Shown: one piece after another, positions 52,309 through 62,600 of the stretch
How positions within the stretch are numbered: the first letter of the stretch is position 1
How the letters are laid out: each line of letters starts with the position of its first letter
Assembly: GCA_965658725.1 (NCBI GenBank)
Contig: CBFHUI010000001.1
Location: 16,567-80,566, forward strand
Source of the DNA: Alphaproteobacteria bacterium
Lineage (GTDB): Bacteria; Pseudomonadota; Alphaproteobacteria; UBA7985
Direction: 5' to 3'
Length of the DNA: 64,000 nucleotides
Notes under the pieces: model-generated
Told to the model about the DNA's origin: nothing
What the model saw: the letters and a program-made list of their open reading frames with translations, nothing else
Databases searched by the model: none
Position numbers and translations under genes: made by a program

Positions 52309-53153
52309 TCATCTGCCTCGTCTTGATAGAAGTACACCCCTATACGAACCCGCTGGCCCGCTGCATCCCCTCTCGGGTCAGCGCCTGTGTCCTCTTCTGA
52401 CGCCGCCAAAGCCGCCATATCCTGCAGCAGTGACATCCCCTTCGCCGCGATGGCCTCTCGCAGGGCAGCGGCTTGGGTGGATGAAACTCTTGGGCTGAAC
52501 ATAGCGCGTTCAAAGAAGCGATCTTCAGGCGCCGCCGAAATGTTATGCACGGCTGCGCTCAAGTGATCGCCGACGTTGGCGGCGAGGAAGCCTATGCTCT
52601 CGGTGGAATTGGCTTCGGGCAGGTAAGCAGCGGCGGTCAGCTGAAAAGTGCCGTCCTGCAGCGCTTCGACCAGTCCGGCCGCGATCAGCCCTTCAAGCAC
52701 GGATTTAGCGCGAACCTCAGGGCCGATTTCCTCGACCAGTCCGGCAAAGCTCTGCCCTCCTTCACCCCGCATGGATAGTGGCAGGGGTATGGGTCGGCCA
52801 TCGGCGTGCTGGTAGCTTTCATGTGTAGACCAGCGCGCCACTACGCGCGCCGAAGGGCTATCATGACTCGCCCGCGCCACCGGACTCGTTGCGCCGCCCG
52901 CCGCATCTGCGCGCTCGCTCAGCCAACGCGACACTTCACGGCGATGGATGCCAGTCGCGACGTGCAACGACGACGTGGTGATTTTGGACCCGCTGCGCTC
53001 GAACTGACGAAAAGCTGCCTCTAGCGTCGCGTCCCGCAGAGCGCTTTCCAACATGGCATAGGAAAGGCCCATCCGCAGACCGCCCGAGGCGAGTTCGTGC
53101 ATGAGCCGCTCGGCAGCGGCAAGATAGGCGGTTTTCGGGTCGGTTTCTGACAT
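52305..53153 (-). CDS. hypothetical cytoplasmic protein with predicted helix-turn-helix (possible regulator)
   Basis: HTH-like segment KITTSSLHVATGIHRREVSRWLSE. No signal peptide. Translationally coupled (ATGA) to the downstream secreted repeat protein. Confidence 0.5.
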   Translation of the reverse strand: MSETDPKTAYLAAAERLMHELASGGLRMGLSYAMLESALRDATLEAAFRQFERSGSKITTSSLHVATGIHRREVSRWLSERADAAGGATSPVARASHDSPSARVVARWSTHESYQHADGRPIPLPLSMRGEGGQSFAGLVEEIGPEVRAKSVLEGLIAAGLVEALQDGTFQLTAAAYLPEANSTESIGFLAANVGDHLSAAVHNISAAPEDRFFERAMFSPRVSSTQAAALREAIAAKGMSLLQDMAALAASEEDTGADPRGDAAGQRVRIGVYFYQDEADE

Positions 53154-53244
53154 GGGCCCACTGGCTCGGTTATGGGAGGCAATACGCAGCGCGATCGCCC
53201 TTTATCCCCGCCAGTCTAGGTCACTATTGAGCAAAACGCTCACG

Positions 53245-54405
53245 TTATTTCGCATCACCCGACGTCTGCGGACGCAACGCGCCGCCCAGCGCCGCCATGA
53301 CCAAGGCCAGGACAACCAGCAGCAGAAACGCCAACCGCATGGACGTCAGCTCTGCCAGTCCACCCAGAATGGGCGGGCCGAGCAGAATGCCCCCGTAGCC
53401 CAACGTAGCGACACTCGCTATCGCTGTTCCAGCGGAAACATCCTTTTGCGACGCTGCGCGGGTGAAAGCCATTGGGACAATTGTGGCGTAGCCGATGCCC
53501 ATGAGTGCAAAGCCCAGCAAGCCGAGCCAATACGATCCCGCCACCACTGCAATCAGCGCGCCCATGGCCGCAATTACACCGCTGATGCGCGTCATCAAAA
53601 CGGGCCCGAGCCGAGCGATGATTCGGTCGCCAAGCAGGCGCGTGACGACCATCATCACGGAAAACGCCGTATAGCCCAGCGCCGCCCGTGCTTCATCAAC
53701 CTGCGCGGCTTCGATCAGGAAAGTCGCGCTCCAATCCACCATTCCGCCTTCGCCAACGGTCGTGCAAAATGCCACCAAACCGACAAGGATCAGCATGCCA
53801 CGCGGCAGGGTGAACAAGGGCGCATCCGGGTTGGCTTCCGCGCGCTCTGAGGCCCAAGGGATCGCGCCGAACGGCAGGCACAGTGCGGAAAACACAACCG
53901 CAGCCAAGAAGAAATGCAGCGTGGTCCCCAGCCCCATGCTGCCCGCAACATAGCCACTCAAAGCACCTAGCCCTGTACCCAGTGAAAACATGGCGTGGAA
54001 CGACGACATGATTGGCCGTGGCGCGCGCTTTTCGACTTCGGTGGCCCACGCGTTCATGCTCACATCCATGGAGCCGTGCGCCGCGCCGAACAGGAACATT
54101 GTGGCGCCCAGCATCACCACCGAAACCGGCGTCAGAGCTATCAGGACCAGCGACAGACCATAGACTGCCGCGATCAGCCGCGTCATACGGGCCGCGCCAA
54201 AGCGGTCGGCAAAGCGCCCCGCAAGAGGAAAACTTGCCAGCGCTCCGACCGCCATTACGAGCAGCAAGATGCCGAACTGACCTTTATCGAGACTCTGATT
54301 TTCGCGGATGGTGGGAATGCGGCTGGCCCAGATGCCGAGCAACGCGCCGTTGAGCACGAACATCGCAGAGACGGCACGCCATGGGGTCAAAAGTCCTGCC
54401 AGCAC
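53245..54405 (-). CDS. MFS transporter
   Basis: 12-TM major facilitator pattern, including the GRFADRFGAARM loop motif. GTG start with GGAGGAGG Shine-Dalgarno. Confidence 0.75.
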   Translation of the reverse strand: MLAGLLTPWRAVSAMFVLNGALLGIWASRIPTIRENQSLDKGQFGILLLVMAVGALASFPLAGRFADRFGAARMTRLIAAVYGLSLVLIALTPVSVVMLGATMFLFGAAHGSMDVSMNAWATEVEKRAPRPIMSSFHAMFSLGTGLGALSGYVAGSMGLGTTLHFFLAAVVFSALCLPFGAIPWASERAEANPDAPLFTLPRGMLILVGLVAFCTTVGEGGMVDWSATFLIEAAQVDEARAALGYTAFSVMMVVTRLLGDRIIARLGPVLMTRISGVIAAMGALIAVVAGSYWLGLLGFALMGIGYATIVPMAFTRAASQKDVSAGTAIASVATLGYGGILLGPPILGGLAELTSMRLAFLLLVVLALVMAALGGALRPQTSGDAK

Positions 54406-54483
54406 CGCGCGGCCTCCTCCAATTTTTGTCGATAAAGCCTAACGGCTCCGCCACGCTTTACCAGCCTTCAGAGTGCGATCGCA

Positions 54484-54526
54484 GACAAAAAAGAAGGCGC
54501 TGCATCGTGTGATGCAGCGCCTTCTT
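54484..54526 (-). terminator. rplL terminator/attenuator hairpin (bidirectional)
   Basis: Perfect 16-bp inverted repeat AAGAAGGCGCTGCATC-GTGT-GATGCAGCGCCTTCTT, followed on the minus-strand transcript by UUUUGUC. Confidence 0.7.
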
Positions 54527-54558
54527 TTGGAAAAATCCACTGAAAACAGGGACGCGTC

Positions 54559-54942
54559 TTACTTGAGTTCGACTTCTGCGCCTGCTTCTTCCAGCTTCTT
54601 TTTGATTTCTTCAGCTTCGTCCTTGGACGCGCCTTCCTTAACAGGCTTCGGAGCACCTTCAACGAGGTCCTTCGCTTCCTTCAGGCCCAGACCGGTGATG
54701 CCGCGGACTTCCTTAATCACGTTGATCTTCTTTTCGCCAGCGGCTTTGAGGATCACGTCAAATTCAGTCTGTTCTTCACCAGCAGCAGCGCCAGCGTCAG
54801 CACCAGGTGCCATCATCATCATGCCACCAGCAGGAGCAGCAGCGGATACGCCCCACTCTTCTTCAAGCTTGGTTGCGAGTTCAGCAGCTTCCAGAACGGT
54901 GAGCTTGCCAAGTTCGGCTACGAGAGCGTCGAGATCAGCCAT
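54559..54942 (-). CDS. rplL: 50S ribosomal protein L7/L12
   Basis: [23 protein letters not shown] ... alanine-rich hinge ... C-terminal domain ending AEVELK. 127 aa. Confidence 0.92.
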   Translation of the reverse strand: MADLDALVAELGKLTVLEAAELATKLEEEWGVSAAAPAGGMMMMAPGADAGAAAGEEQTEFDVILKAAGEKKINVIKEVRGITGLGLKEAKDLVEGAPKPVKEGASKDEAEEIKKKLEEAGAEVELK

Positions 54943-55003
54943 TTTCTTTAGTTCCAATCTATCGGGATATTACGAGAATTGAGTTCAGTTGAGAGCCGCC
55001 AGA

Positions 55004-55519
55004 CTAGGCGTCTTCCTTCGCGCCATAGGCTGCGAACACGCGAGCCAGCTTTGCAGCTGGAGCGTCCACAACGCCTACGATCTTGGATGCAGGTGCATTC
55101 AGCAGACCAATGAGCTGAGCGCGCAGCTGATCGAGCGATGGCAGCTTGGCCAGCTGTTCGATCTCAGCAGCAGACAGCACTTTGCCGTCCATCGCACCGC
55201 CAAGGATTTCAATCTTGTCGAGATCCTTAGCAAACTCAGAAAGCGCCTTTGCTGGACCCACCGGCTCGTCAGAGTACGAGATCGAGGTTGGGCCGGTCAG
55301 CAAGTCACGAATGTCATCGAAAGCGCCGCCTTCAGCAGCGAGCTTTACCAGACGGTTCTTGACGACACGGTGCTTGGCACCCGCTTCACGCATCCGCGCA
55401 CGCAGGTTCTGAGCTTCAGTTACGGTCATACCGGACTGGCGAGAGACCAGTACGATAGCGCTTTCTTCGAAGGCCGACTTAAGCTCGGCGACGAGGGCTT
55501 CCTTTTCAGAACGATCCAA
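55004..55519 (-). CDS. rplJ: 50S ribosomal protein L10
   Basis: LDRSEKEALVAELK... matches the alphaproteobacterial L10 N-terminus. TTG start at 55519 preceded by a perfect GAAGGAGG Shine-Dalgarno (the ORF track extends to 55558). Confidence 0.88.
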   Translation of the reverse strand: MDRSEKEALVAELKSAFEESAIVLVSRQSGMTVTEAQNLRARMREAGAKHRVVKNRLVKLAAEGGAFDDIRDLLTGPTSISYSDEPVGPAKALSEFAKDLDKIEILGGAMDGKVLSAAEIEQLAKLPSLDQLRAQLIGLLNAPASKIVGVVDAPAAKLARVFAAYGAKEDA

Positions 55520-55833
55520 GGGAACGCCTCCTTCATTGTTGAGCCGGCTCGCACGCAAGCGCGCAGGCCAACCGGTTCGTGGTTACGACTGGACAACAAG
55601 TTTTCGGAGAAAAACGGCTTGCCCCCTGTCGCTGGCGTCTGAAACGCCCCAGGCGGCTTGGCAGTGTTCTTACTCGTCTGCGCGGGCGGTAATTAAGAGT
55701 CGTGACGACTCACCTGCGGTCTTGGACAGTCGAGCGTGGGTATAAGCCCCCGCCCGCAAGACTCAACCGCAAAGACGCTTATGCGCTTGCATGGCTGAGC
55801 CCGACCGGCTGAAGGGCTTAGGGGTTAAAGGGC
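55520..55833 (-). promoter_or_regulatory. rplJ 5' leader/promoter region (expected location of L10-leader autoregulatory RNA)
   Basis: 314-nt non-coding gap upstream of rplJ. Assigned from position only; no structure was computed. Confidence 0.3.
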
Positions 55834-57144
55834 TTAGGCAAACACCCGAGCGAAAATCGTATCGACGTGCTTGAAGTGGTAATCGAGGTCAAAGAACCCA
55901 CGCAGGGCTTCTTCACCAAGCGCGTCAACGACTTGCTCATCCTCCAGCAAGCGGTCGAGCAGTTGACCGCCGTTGTGCCAGGTATCCATCGCGTTCGCCT
56001 GCACGATCCGATAAGCGTCTTCCCGGCTCACACCAGCTTGCGTCAACGCGAGGAGGATGCGCTGGCTGTGCACGAGACCACCCATGCCGTCGAGGTTGGC
56101 CATCATCCGTTCCGGGTAGACCACCAGCTTTTCGATCACCCCGGCCAAGCGGTGCAAGGCGAAATCGAGGGTGATGGTCACGTCGGGCGCGATCATGCGC
56201 TCGACCGACGAATGCGAGATATCACGCTCATGCCAAAGCGCGACGTTCTCCATCGCTGGCAGCGCTTGGGCGCGGACGTAGCGCGCAAGACCAGTGAGGT
56301 TTTCGGTCAGCACGGGGTTGCGTTTGTGCGGCATGGCCGATGAACCCTTCTGACCTTTGGAGAAGAACTCTTCTGCCTCACGCACTTCCGAACGCTGCAA
56401 GTGTCGGATTTCCACGGCAATGTTCTCCAGCGCTGAAGCCATGAGGGCGCAGGCGTTGAAGAAGTTCGCGTGGCGATCGCGCGGAATAACTTGCGTTGAA
56501 TGCGGCTCAACCGTCAGGCCCAGCTCGCTGGCAACGTGCGTTTCAACCGCCGGGTCGATGTTGGCAAAGGTGCCAACCGCGCCAGAAATGGCGCAGGTGG
56601 AAACCTCGTCGATCGCCGTGGCGAGACGTTCATGACAGCGCTTGATCATGGCGAAGTAGCCCGCAAGCTTCAGCCCGAAGGTCGTCGGCTCCGCATGGAT
56701 CGCGTGGGAGCGGCCGATGGTCGGGACGTCCTTCAACTCATGCGCGCGGGTCTTGAGGGCTTCGAGCAAACGGTTTGAACCGGCAAGCAGCAGGTCGCCC
56801 GCTTCCTTGAGTTGCACGGCCAGCGTGGTGTCGAGCACGTCGGAGGAGGTCATGCCCTGGTGTACAAACCTGCTCTCATCCCCCACCAAACCGGCGAGGT
56901 AGGTCAGGAAGGCAATGACGTCGTGTTTGACCTCGGCCTCAATGGCGTCGATCGCGGGCACGTCGATGTCACGAGCTTCCATCTGCGCGCGGACCTTCCA
57001 AATGGCCGCCGCCGCGCTTTGCGGCACGACGCCAAGGTCAGCCTGAGCTTGAGTGGCGTGGGCTTCGATGAGGTACCAGATGCGAAACTTGTTCGCCGGT
57101 TCCCAGATGGCAACCATATCAGGACGGGAGTAGCGGGGGATCAT
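55834..57144 (-). CDS. purB: adenylosuccinate lyase
   Basis: Fumarate-lyase family signature GSSAMPHKRNP, with PurB-specific N- and C-terminal regions. 436 aa. Confidence 0.9.
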   Translation of the reverse strand: MIPRYSRPDMVAIWEPANKFRIWYLIEAHATQAQADLGVVPQSAAAAIWKVRAQMEARDIDVPAIDAIEAEVKHDVIAFLTYLAGLVGDESRFVHQGMTSSDVLDTTLAVQLKEAGDLLLAGSNRLLEALKTRAHELKDVPTIGRSHAIHAEPTTFGLKLAGYFAMIKRCHERLATAIDEVSTCAISGAVGTFANIDPAVETHVASELGLTVEPHSTQVIPRDRHANFFNACALMASALENIAVEIRHLQRSEVREAEEFFSKGQKGSSAMPHKRNPVLTENLTGLARYVRAQALPAMENVALWHERDISHSSVERMIAPDVTITLDFALHRLAGVIEKLVVYPERMMANLDGMGGLVHSQRILLALTQAGVSREDAYRIVQANAMDTWHNGGQLLDRLLEDEQVVDALGEEALRGFFDLDYHFKHVDTIFARVFA

Positions 57145-57168
57145 GGGGCGGGCCTCGGACCGTGTTTC

Positions 57169-57900
57169 TTAGATGAGTCCCTTGCTCTTTAAAGAGACGT
57201 GGCCCGACTTACCAATGATCAGATGGTCATGCACCTTTACGCCCAACGGTTGACCCGCTTCGATGATGCGGTTGGTTATGGTGATGTCTGCTTGCGACGG
57301 CGTGGGATCACCGGAGGGGTGATTGTGCAGCAATATCAATGCAGAAGCCCCCAACTCCAAAGCCCGCCGGAGCACTTCGCGTACGTAAACCGGCGCCTGA
57401 TCGACCGTTCCGACCCCCTGACGCTCGTGCTTCAGCAAGCGGTTCTTGGTGTCGAGGAAGAGGATGTGAAACTCTTCAATCCGCGCATGGCTGAGTTGGA
57501 CGCGGCAGAATTCAAGCAAAGCGTCGAAGGACGACAGCAGCGGTCGGTCCGCAATGTTTGCAGCCGCCAGCCGCCGCGCGCCTTCCCGGACCACTGCAAT
57601 CGCGGCAATCGCTGCCTCACCCACCCCATCAACGCGCTTGAGCTCATCAGTACTCGCGGAGAGGACCGAGCCAAGCGTTCCGAAATGGTGGATAAGGTTC
57701 TTGGCCAAAGGTTTGGTGTCGCCGCGCGGGCGCGCTGCGAACAGAAGGACTTCGAGCACTTCATAATCCGCCATCGCTTCCGTCCCTCCCTCTATCAGCC
57801 GCGCACGAAGGCGATGGCGATGGCCCAGCGTGTCTGAAGCAGAAGCAGTTTCTGGAGCGGGTGAAGGCGCGTGAGAGTCGTGAAGCAAATGGACCACCAA
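57169..57900 (-). CDS. radC: RadC-family JAB-domain protein (UPF0758)
   Basis: C-terminal JAMM motif HNHPSGDPTPSQAD. Helix-hairpin-helix N-terminal part. Confidence 0.8.
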   Translation of the reverse strand: MVVHLLHDSHAPSPAPETASASDTLGHRHRLRARLIEGGTEAMADYEVLEVLLFAARPRGDTKPLAKNLIHHFGTLGSVLSASTDELKRVDGVGEAAIAAIAVVREGARRLAAANIADRPLLSSFDALLEFCRVQLSHARIEEFHILFLDTKNRLLKHERQGVGTVDQAPVYVREVLRRALELGASALILLHNHPSGDPTPSQADITITNRIIEAGQPLGVKVHDHLIIGKSGHVSLKSKGLI

Positions 57901-58026
57901 AGTAGGAAAGAATGGACGTAGGCCCCCAGAACTCGCGGCCTGAATTCTACTTATAGTGCAATTTTGTCATATTATTGCAATTTAAATGATTTATGCGAGC
58001 GGACAAATTCAGCCTCGCTCCCGCCC

Positions 58027-58860
58027 TTAGAGGTAAGGCGGTTGTTCGAAACCCTTGGGCGAGTTTGTAAAGATCTCAAACCCGTCCGCTGTAACCCCCA
58101 CCGAGTGCTCGAACTGAGCGGATGACTTGCGGTCGCGGGTGCGAGCGGTCCAGCCGTCTTCTTCGTCGATATCGACCTTGTAGGTTCCAACGTTCAGCAT
58201 GGGTTCGATGGTGAAGAGCATCCCCGGCACCAGCTCGATGCCCTTCCCCGGCTTACCAAAGTGGAAGATGTTCGGGGCCATGTGAAAACTTTCACCAAGC
58301 CCGTGGCCGACGAACTGGCGCACGATTGAAAAGCCTGCTTTCTCACCATGCTTCTGGATCGCCGCACCAACATCGCCCAGCGTCGCGCCGGGCTTTACCG
58401 TGTTGATACCCTTCCACAGGCATTCGTACGTCACGCGCACCAGCTTTTCCCGCGTGGGAAAGGTGGAGCCGCCGACAATGTACATGCGCGAGGTATCGCC
58501 GTGCCAGCCATCGACGATGACAGTGACATCAATGTTCAAGATATCCCGATCTTCAAGCACCACATCATCAGCCGGAATACCGTGACAGACGACTTCGTTG
58601 ATGGATATGCAGGAAGCGTGCTGGTAGCCGCGATAGCCGATGGTTGCGCTGACCGCGCCGGCGCCTTCGACAAAGTCCTGAATCCGCTTGTCGAGTTCTG
58701 CCGTGGTCACGCCCGCAACCACGAACTCAGTGATCATATCCAACGTCTCCGCCGCCAGCCGCCCCGCTGCGCGCATGCCGTCGAAGTCTTCAGCCGTGTG
58801 CAGCGTGATAGGGCCGGAGCTGTCCGGGTGGTCGTAGAGCTGGCGTTGAGCGGGAAGCAT
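58027..58860 (-). CDS. map: type I methionine aminopeptidase
   Basis: Pita-bread fold with metal ligands (D..D..H..E..E pattern: NEVVCHGIP, DGWHGDTS, HGLG). 277 aa. Confidence 0.9.
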   Translation of the reverse strand: MLPAQRQLYDHPDSSGPITLHTAEDFDGMRAAGRLAAETLDMITEFVVAGVTTAELDKRIQDFVEGAGAVSATIGYRGYQHASCISINEVVCHGIPADDVVLEDRDILNIDVTVIVDGWHGDTSRMYIVGGSTFPTREKLVRVTYECLWKGINTVKPGATLGDVGAAIQKHGEKAGFSIVRQFVGHGLGESFHMAPNIFHFGKPGKGIELVPGMLFTIEPMLNVGTYKVDIDEEDGWTARTRDRKSSAQFEHSVGVTADGFEIFTNSPKGFEQPPYL

Positions 58861-58869
58861 AAGTGCGGT

Positions 58870-59575
58870 CTAGTCCTTGATCGGGATGGGGTGCGTGACC
58901 CGGATTTCTTGCGCAGAGACATGGCACACGTAGGCGTAGGCTTCCACCCCCGCTTTGCACGCACGGTCAAAGGCTTCGGCGTAGCCCGGATCAATGTCAG
59001 CAGCGACGTCAAAGGCATCGCAGTCGTCCCGCTGAACGCAGAACACCATCACAGCGCGATTCCCTTGCGCCACCTGCTCCGCCAACTCGTCGAGGTGCTT
59101 GGCCCCGCGCGTCGTTACCGAGTCCGGGAACTCGGCGAGGCGATCGGTGCGGCGTAGGTGGCAGTTCTTGACCTCGACGTAAGCAGGAGGCCGGGCGCTG
59201 TCTTCGAGCAGTAGGTCGATGCGGCTGTTGATGCCGTACTTCACCTCACGGCGCAGGCCCTCATAGTCCTGAAGCTCGGTAATCACGCCTTCGCGAATGG
59301 CTTCTTCGATCAGCGCGTTAGGCCGCCCCGTGTTGATCCCGACCCAAGTGCCTTCGTCTTCGATCATCTCCCACCGATAGTCGTACTTCCGCGATGGTCC
59401 GGGGTCATGCACGAGCACCGTCGCGCTCCCCGGCGCGGTCAGACCCATCATCGTTCCGGTGTTGGGGCAGGAGGCGGTTATGACCGAGCCATCAGCAAGC
59501 CGATGGTCAGAAAGGAAGCGCTTGTACCGCTGAACCAGCGTCGCGCTAACCATCTGCCCCTTGTCCAGTAACATT
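58870..59575 (-). CDS. sfsA: sugar fermentation stimulation protein A homologue (SfsA nuclease-fold protein)
   Basis: N-terminal segment VSATLVQRYKRFLSDHRLADGSVITASCPNTG matches the SfsA N-terminal pattern. About 235 aa. The six-frame ORF continues artefactually for 3.3 kb antisense to pyc. Confidence 0.78.
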
Positions 59576-59694
59576 GGCTTACTCCAATCGTTGCTAATGC
59601 ATGGCCCCTGCGAGTCTCTGGCCGTTGCCCGTCGTAACAAATCCATCATTAATGTCGCAATCGAAACACGTAATGCCGACGAGGACCACCCACC

Positions 59695-62600
59695 ATGGCC
59701 CCACGCCCCATTCGCAAGCTGCTTGTCGCGAACCGTTCCGAAATTGCCATCCGCGTCTTTCGCGGCGCAACAGAACTGGGCATCCAGACCGTCGCGGTTT
59801 ACGCCCACGAGGACCGCTTTGCCCTTCACCGCTTCAAAGCCGATGAAGCTTACGAAATCGGTGTCGGGATGGAACCAATCGCGGCGTATCTGTCGGTCGA
59901 AGAAATCATCCGCGTTGCCTTGCTCTCCGGCGCAGACGCCATCCACCCCGGCTACGGCTTCCTGTCTGAGTCGCCCGAACTGGCTGCTGCGGCTGAGGAG
60001 GCCGGGATCATTTTTGTCGGGCCGAAGACTCAGACGCTGATCGATCTGGGCGACAAGGTTGCCTCGCGCAAGCTCGCTGACGCTGCCGACGTACCCACGG
60101 TGCCCGCAACCGACGCCCTGCCCGATGGCGCAGACGCGGCGAACGAAGCTGGCAAGCGCGTTGGCTTGCCGGTGATGGTCAAAGCCAGTTGGGGCGGCGG
60201 CGGTCGCGGCATGCGCCGTGTCTATGACGCCGACAAGCTCGCCGACGAAGTCGCAGCCGCCAAGCGCGAGGCCGCCGCTGCCTTTGGCAAGGACGACGTC
60301 TACCTCGAAAAGCTGATCGAGCGCGCGCGCCACGTAGAAATTCAGGTCTTCGGCGATACCCATGGCAACGTTACCCACCTGTTCGAGCGCGACTGTTCCG
60401 TCCAGCGACGCAACCAGAAAGTGGTCGAGATGGCCCCGGCGACCTGGCTGGACGAAGACGTTCGGCAAGGCATGTGTCAAGCCGCTGTGCGGCTGGCGAA
60501 GGAGTCTGGTTACCAGAACGCCGGTACGGTCGAATTCCTCTACGACGTGAACGACGGCGCCTTCTACTTCATCGAAGTGAACCCCCGCATTCAGGTGGAG
60601 CACACGGTGACCGAGGAAGTCACCTCGGTCGATATCGTTAAAGCTCAGTTGCTCATCGCAGGCGGCGCAACGCTGGAAGAAGCGGGCATTCCCGCTGATG
60701 AAGAAGCCCGCCGCCCGCGCGGCGTCGCGATCCAGTGCCGTGTCACCACTGAAGACCCGGAAAACGCCTTTGTACCCGACTATGGCAAGATCGTTGCCTA
60801 CCGCTCGCCCGCCGGTTTTGGCGTGCGTCTGGATGGCGGGACGGCCTTTGCCGGGGCTGTTGTAACGCCTCACTATGACTCGTTGCTGGCCAAAGTGACG
60901 GTAACCGCGCCGGATCGGGATCAGGGTATCGCCCGGATGAACCGCGCGCTCGCCGAGTTCCGCATCCGGGGCATTAAGACCAACCTCCCCTTCCTCCAGC
61001 GCGTAATCCGTCACGATGATTTCCGCACAGGCGTTCTGACGACGCGATTCATTGATGACACGCCGGAGTTGTTCCACTTCCCAACCCGTCGCGACCGCGC
61101 GTCCAAGCTGCTCCGCTTCCTTGGCGAGGTCGTCGTCAACGGCAACCCGGAAATGGAAGGCCGCCCGGCCGTAGCACGGGCGCCGCTGCAGCGCCTGCCG
61201 CTGGTTGATGCAGACACGCACAACCGTGAAACGGCCAAGACTGTTTTTGACCGCGACGGCGCGGACGGCCTGGTTTCTTGGATCAAAGCTCAAGACCGCC
61301 TGCTGGTCACGGACACGACTTTCCGCGACGCGCATCAATCCCTGCTCGCCACCCGCATGCGGACCGCCGACCTCGTCGCGCCAATGCAGGCATACGAGAA
61401 CGGGCTGCGCGGTCTGTTCAGCCTCGAAGTCTGGGGCGGGGCGACTTTTGATGTGGCGTATCGGTTCCTCAAAGAAGACCCTTGGAAGCGGCTGGCGCAG
61501 ATGCGCGAAGCGGCGCCAAGCCATCTGTTCCAAATGCTGCTGCGTGGCTCGAATGCCGTAGGCTACACCAACTATCCCGACAACGTGGTCAAAGACTTCG
61601 TGAACCGGGCCTTTGACAGCGGGCGTGGCGTGGATGTGTTCCGCGTCTTTGACAGCCTGAACTGGGTCGAGAACATGCGCGTAGCGATTGACGCTGTTAT
61701 TGACGCGGGCGCGATCTGCGAAGCAACGATCTGCTACTCCGGCGACCTGCTCAACCCTGCGGAAGACAAGTACACGCTGAGCTACTACGTCGAAATGGCC
61801 AAGCAATTCGAAGCCGCTGGCGCACACACGCTGGCGATCAAGGATATGGCCGGGGTCGCTCGTCCCGCAGCGGCGGCCAAGCTGGTCGAAACGCTCAAGG
61901 GCGAAGTCGGCCTTCCGATCCACTTCCACACGCACGATACCTCGGGCGGTCAGGTTGCTTCGGTGCTCGCGGCCAGTGCGGCCGGCGTGGACATCGTCGA
62001 TGCCGCCATGGACCCTCTCTCCGGGCTCACGTCCCAGCCGAACCTCGGCACCATTGTCGAATCCCTGCGCGGGCTGGAGCGGGACACGGGCCTGCCCCGC
62101 GATACATTGGACAAAGTCGCCCATTACTGGGAAGGCGCGCGGCGTCACTACGCTGCTTTCGAGGCCGACATGCGCGCGGGTTCCTCGGATGTCTTCGAGC
62201 ACGCCATGCCGGGCGGGCAGTACACCAACCTGCGCCAGCAAGCGCGCAGCCTTGGCATCGAGCACCGCTGGCCCGAGGTGGTGAAGCGTTACGCCGAGGT
62301 CAACCGCCTGTTTGGCAACATTGTCAAAGTCACGCCGTCCTCCAAGGTCGTCGGCGACATGGCGCTGTTCATGGTATCTCACAATCTCACGCCCGAAGAC
62401 GTGGTGGACCCGGATAAGGAAGTCGCCTTCCCTGATTCGGTCGTCTCCTTCTTCCGCGGTGATCTGGGCCAGCCGGTTGGCGGCCTCCCGGAGAAACTCC
62501 AGACCAAAGTCCTGCGCGGCGAAGCCCCGCTGTCCGAGCGTCCGGGAGCATCTCTGCCGCCCGTGAATTTCGCCAAAATCCGCACGGAACTGGCCGAGAC

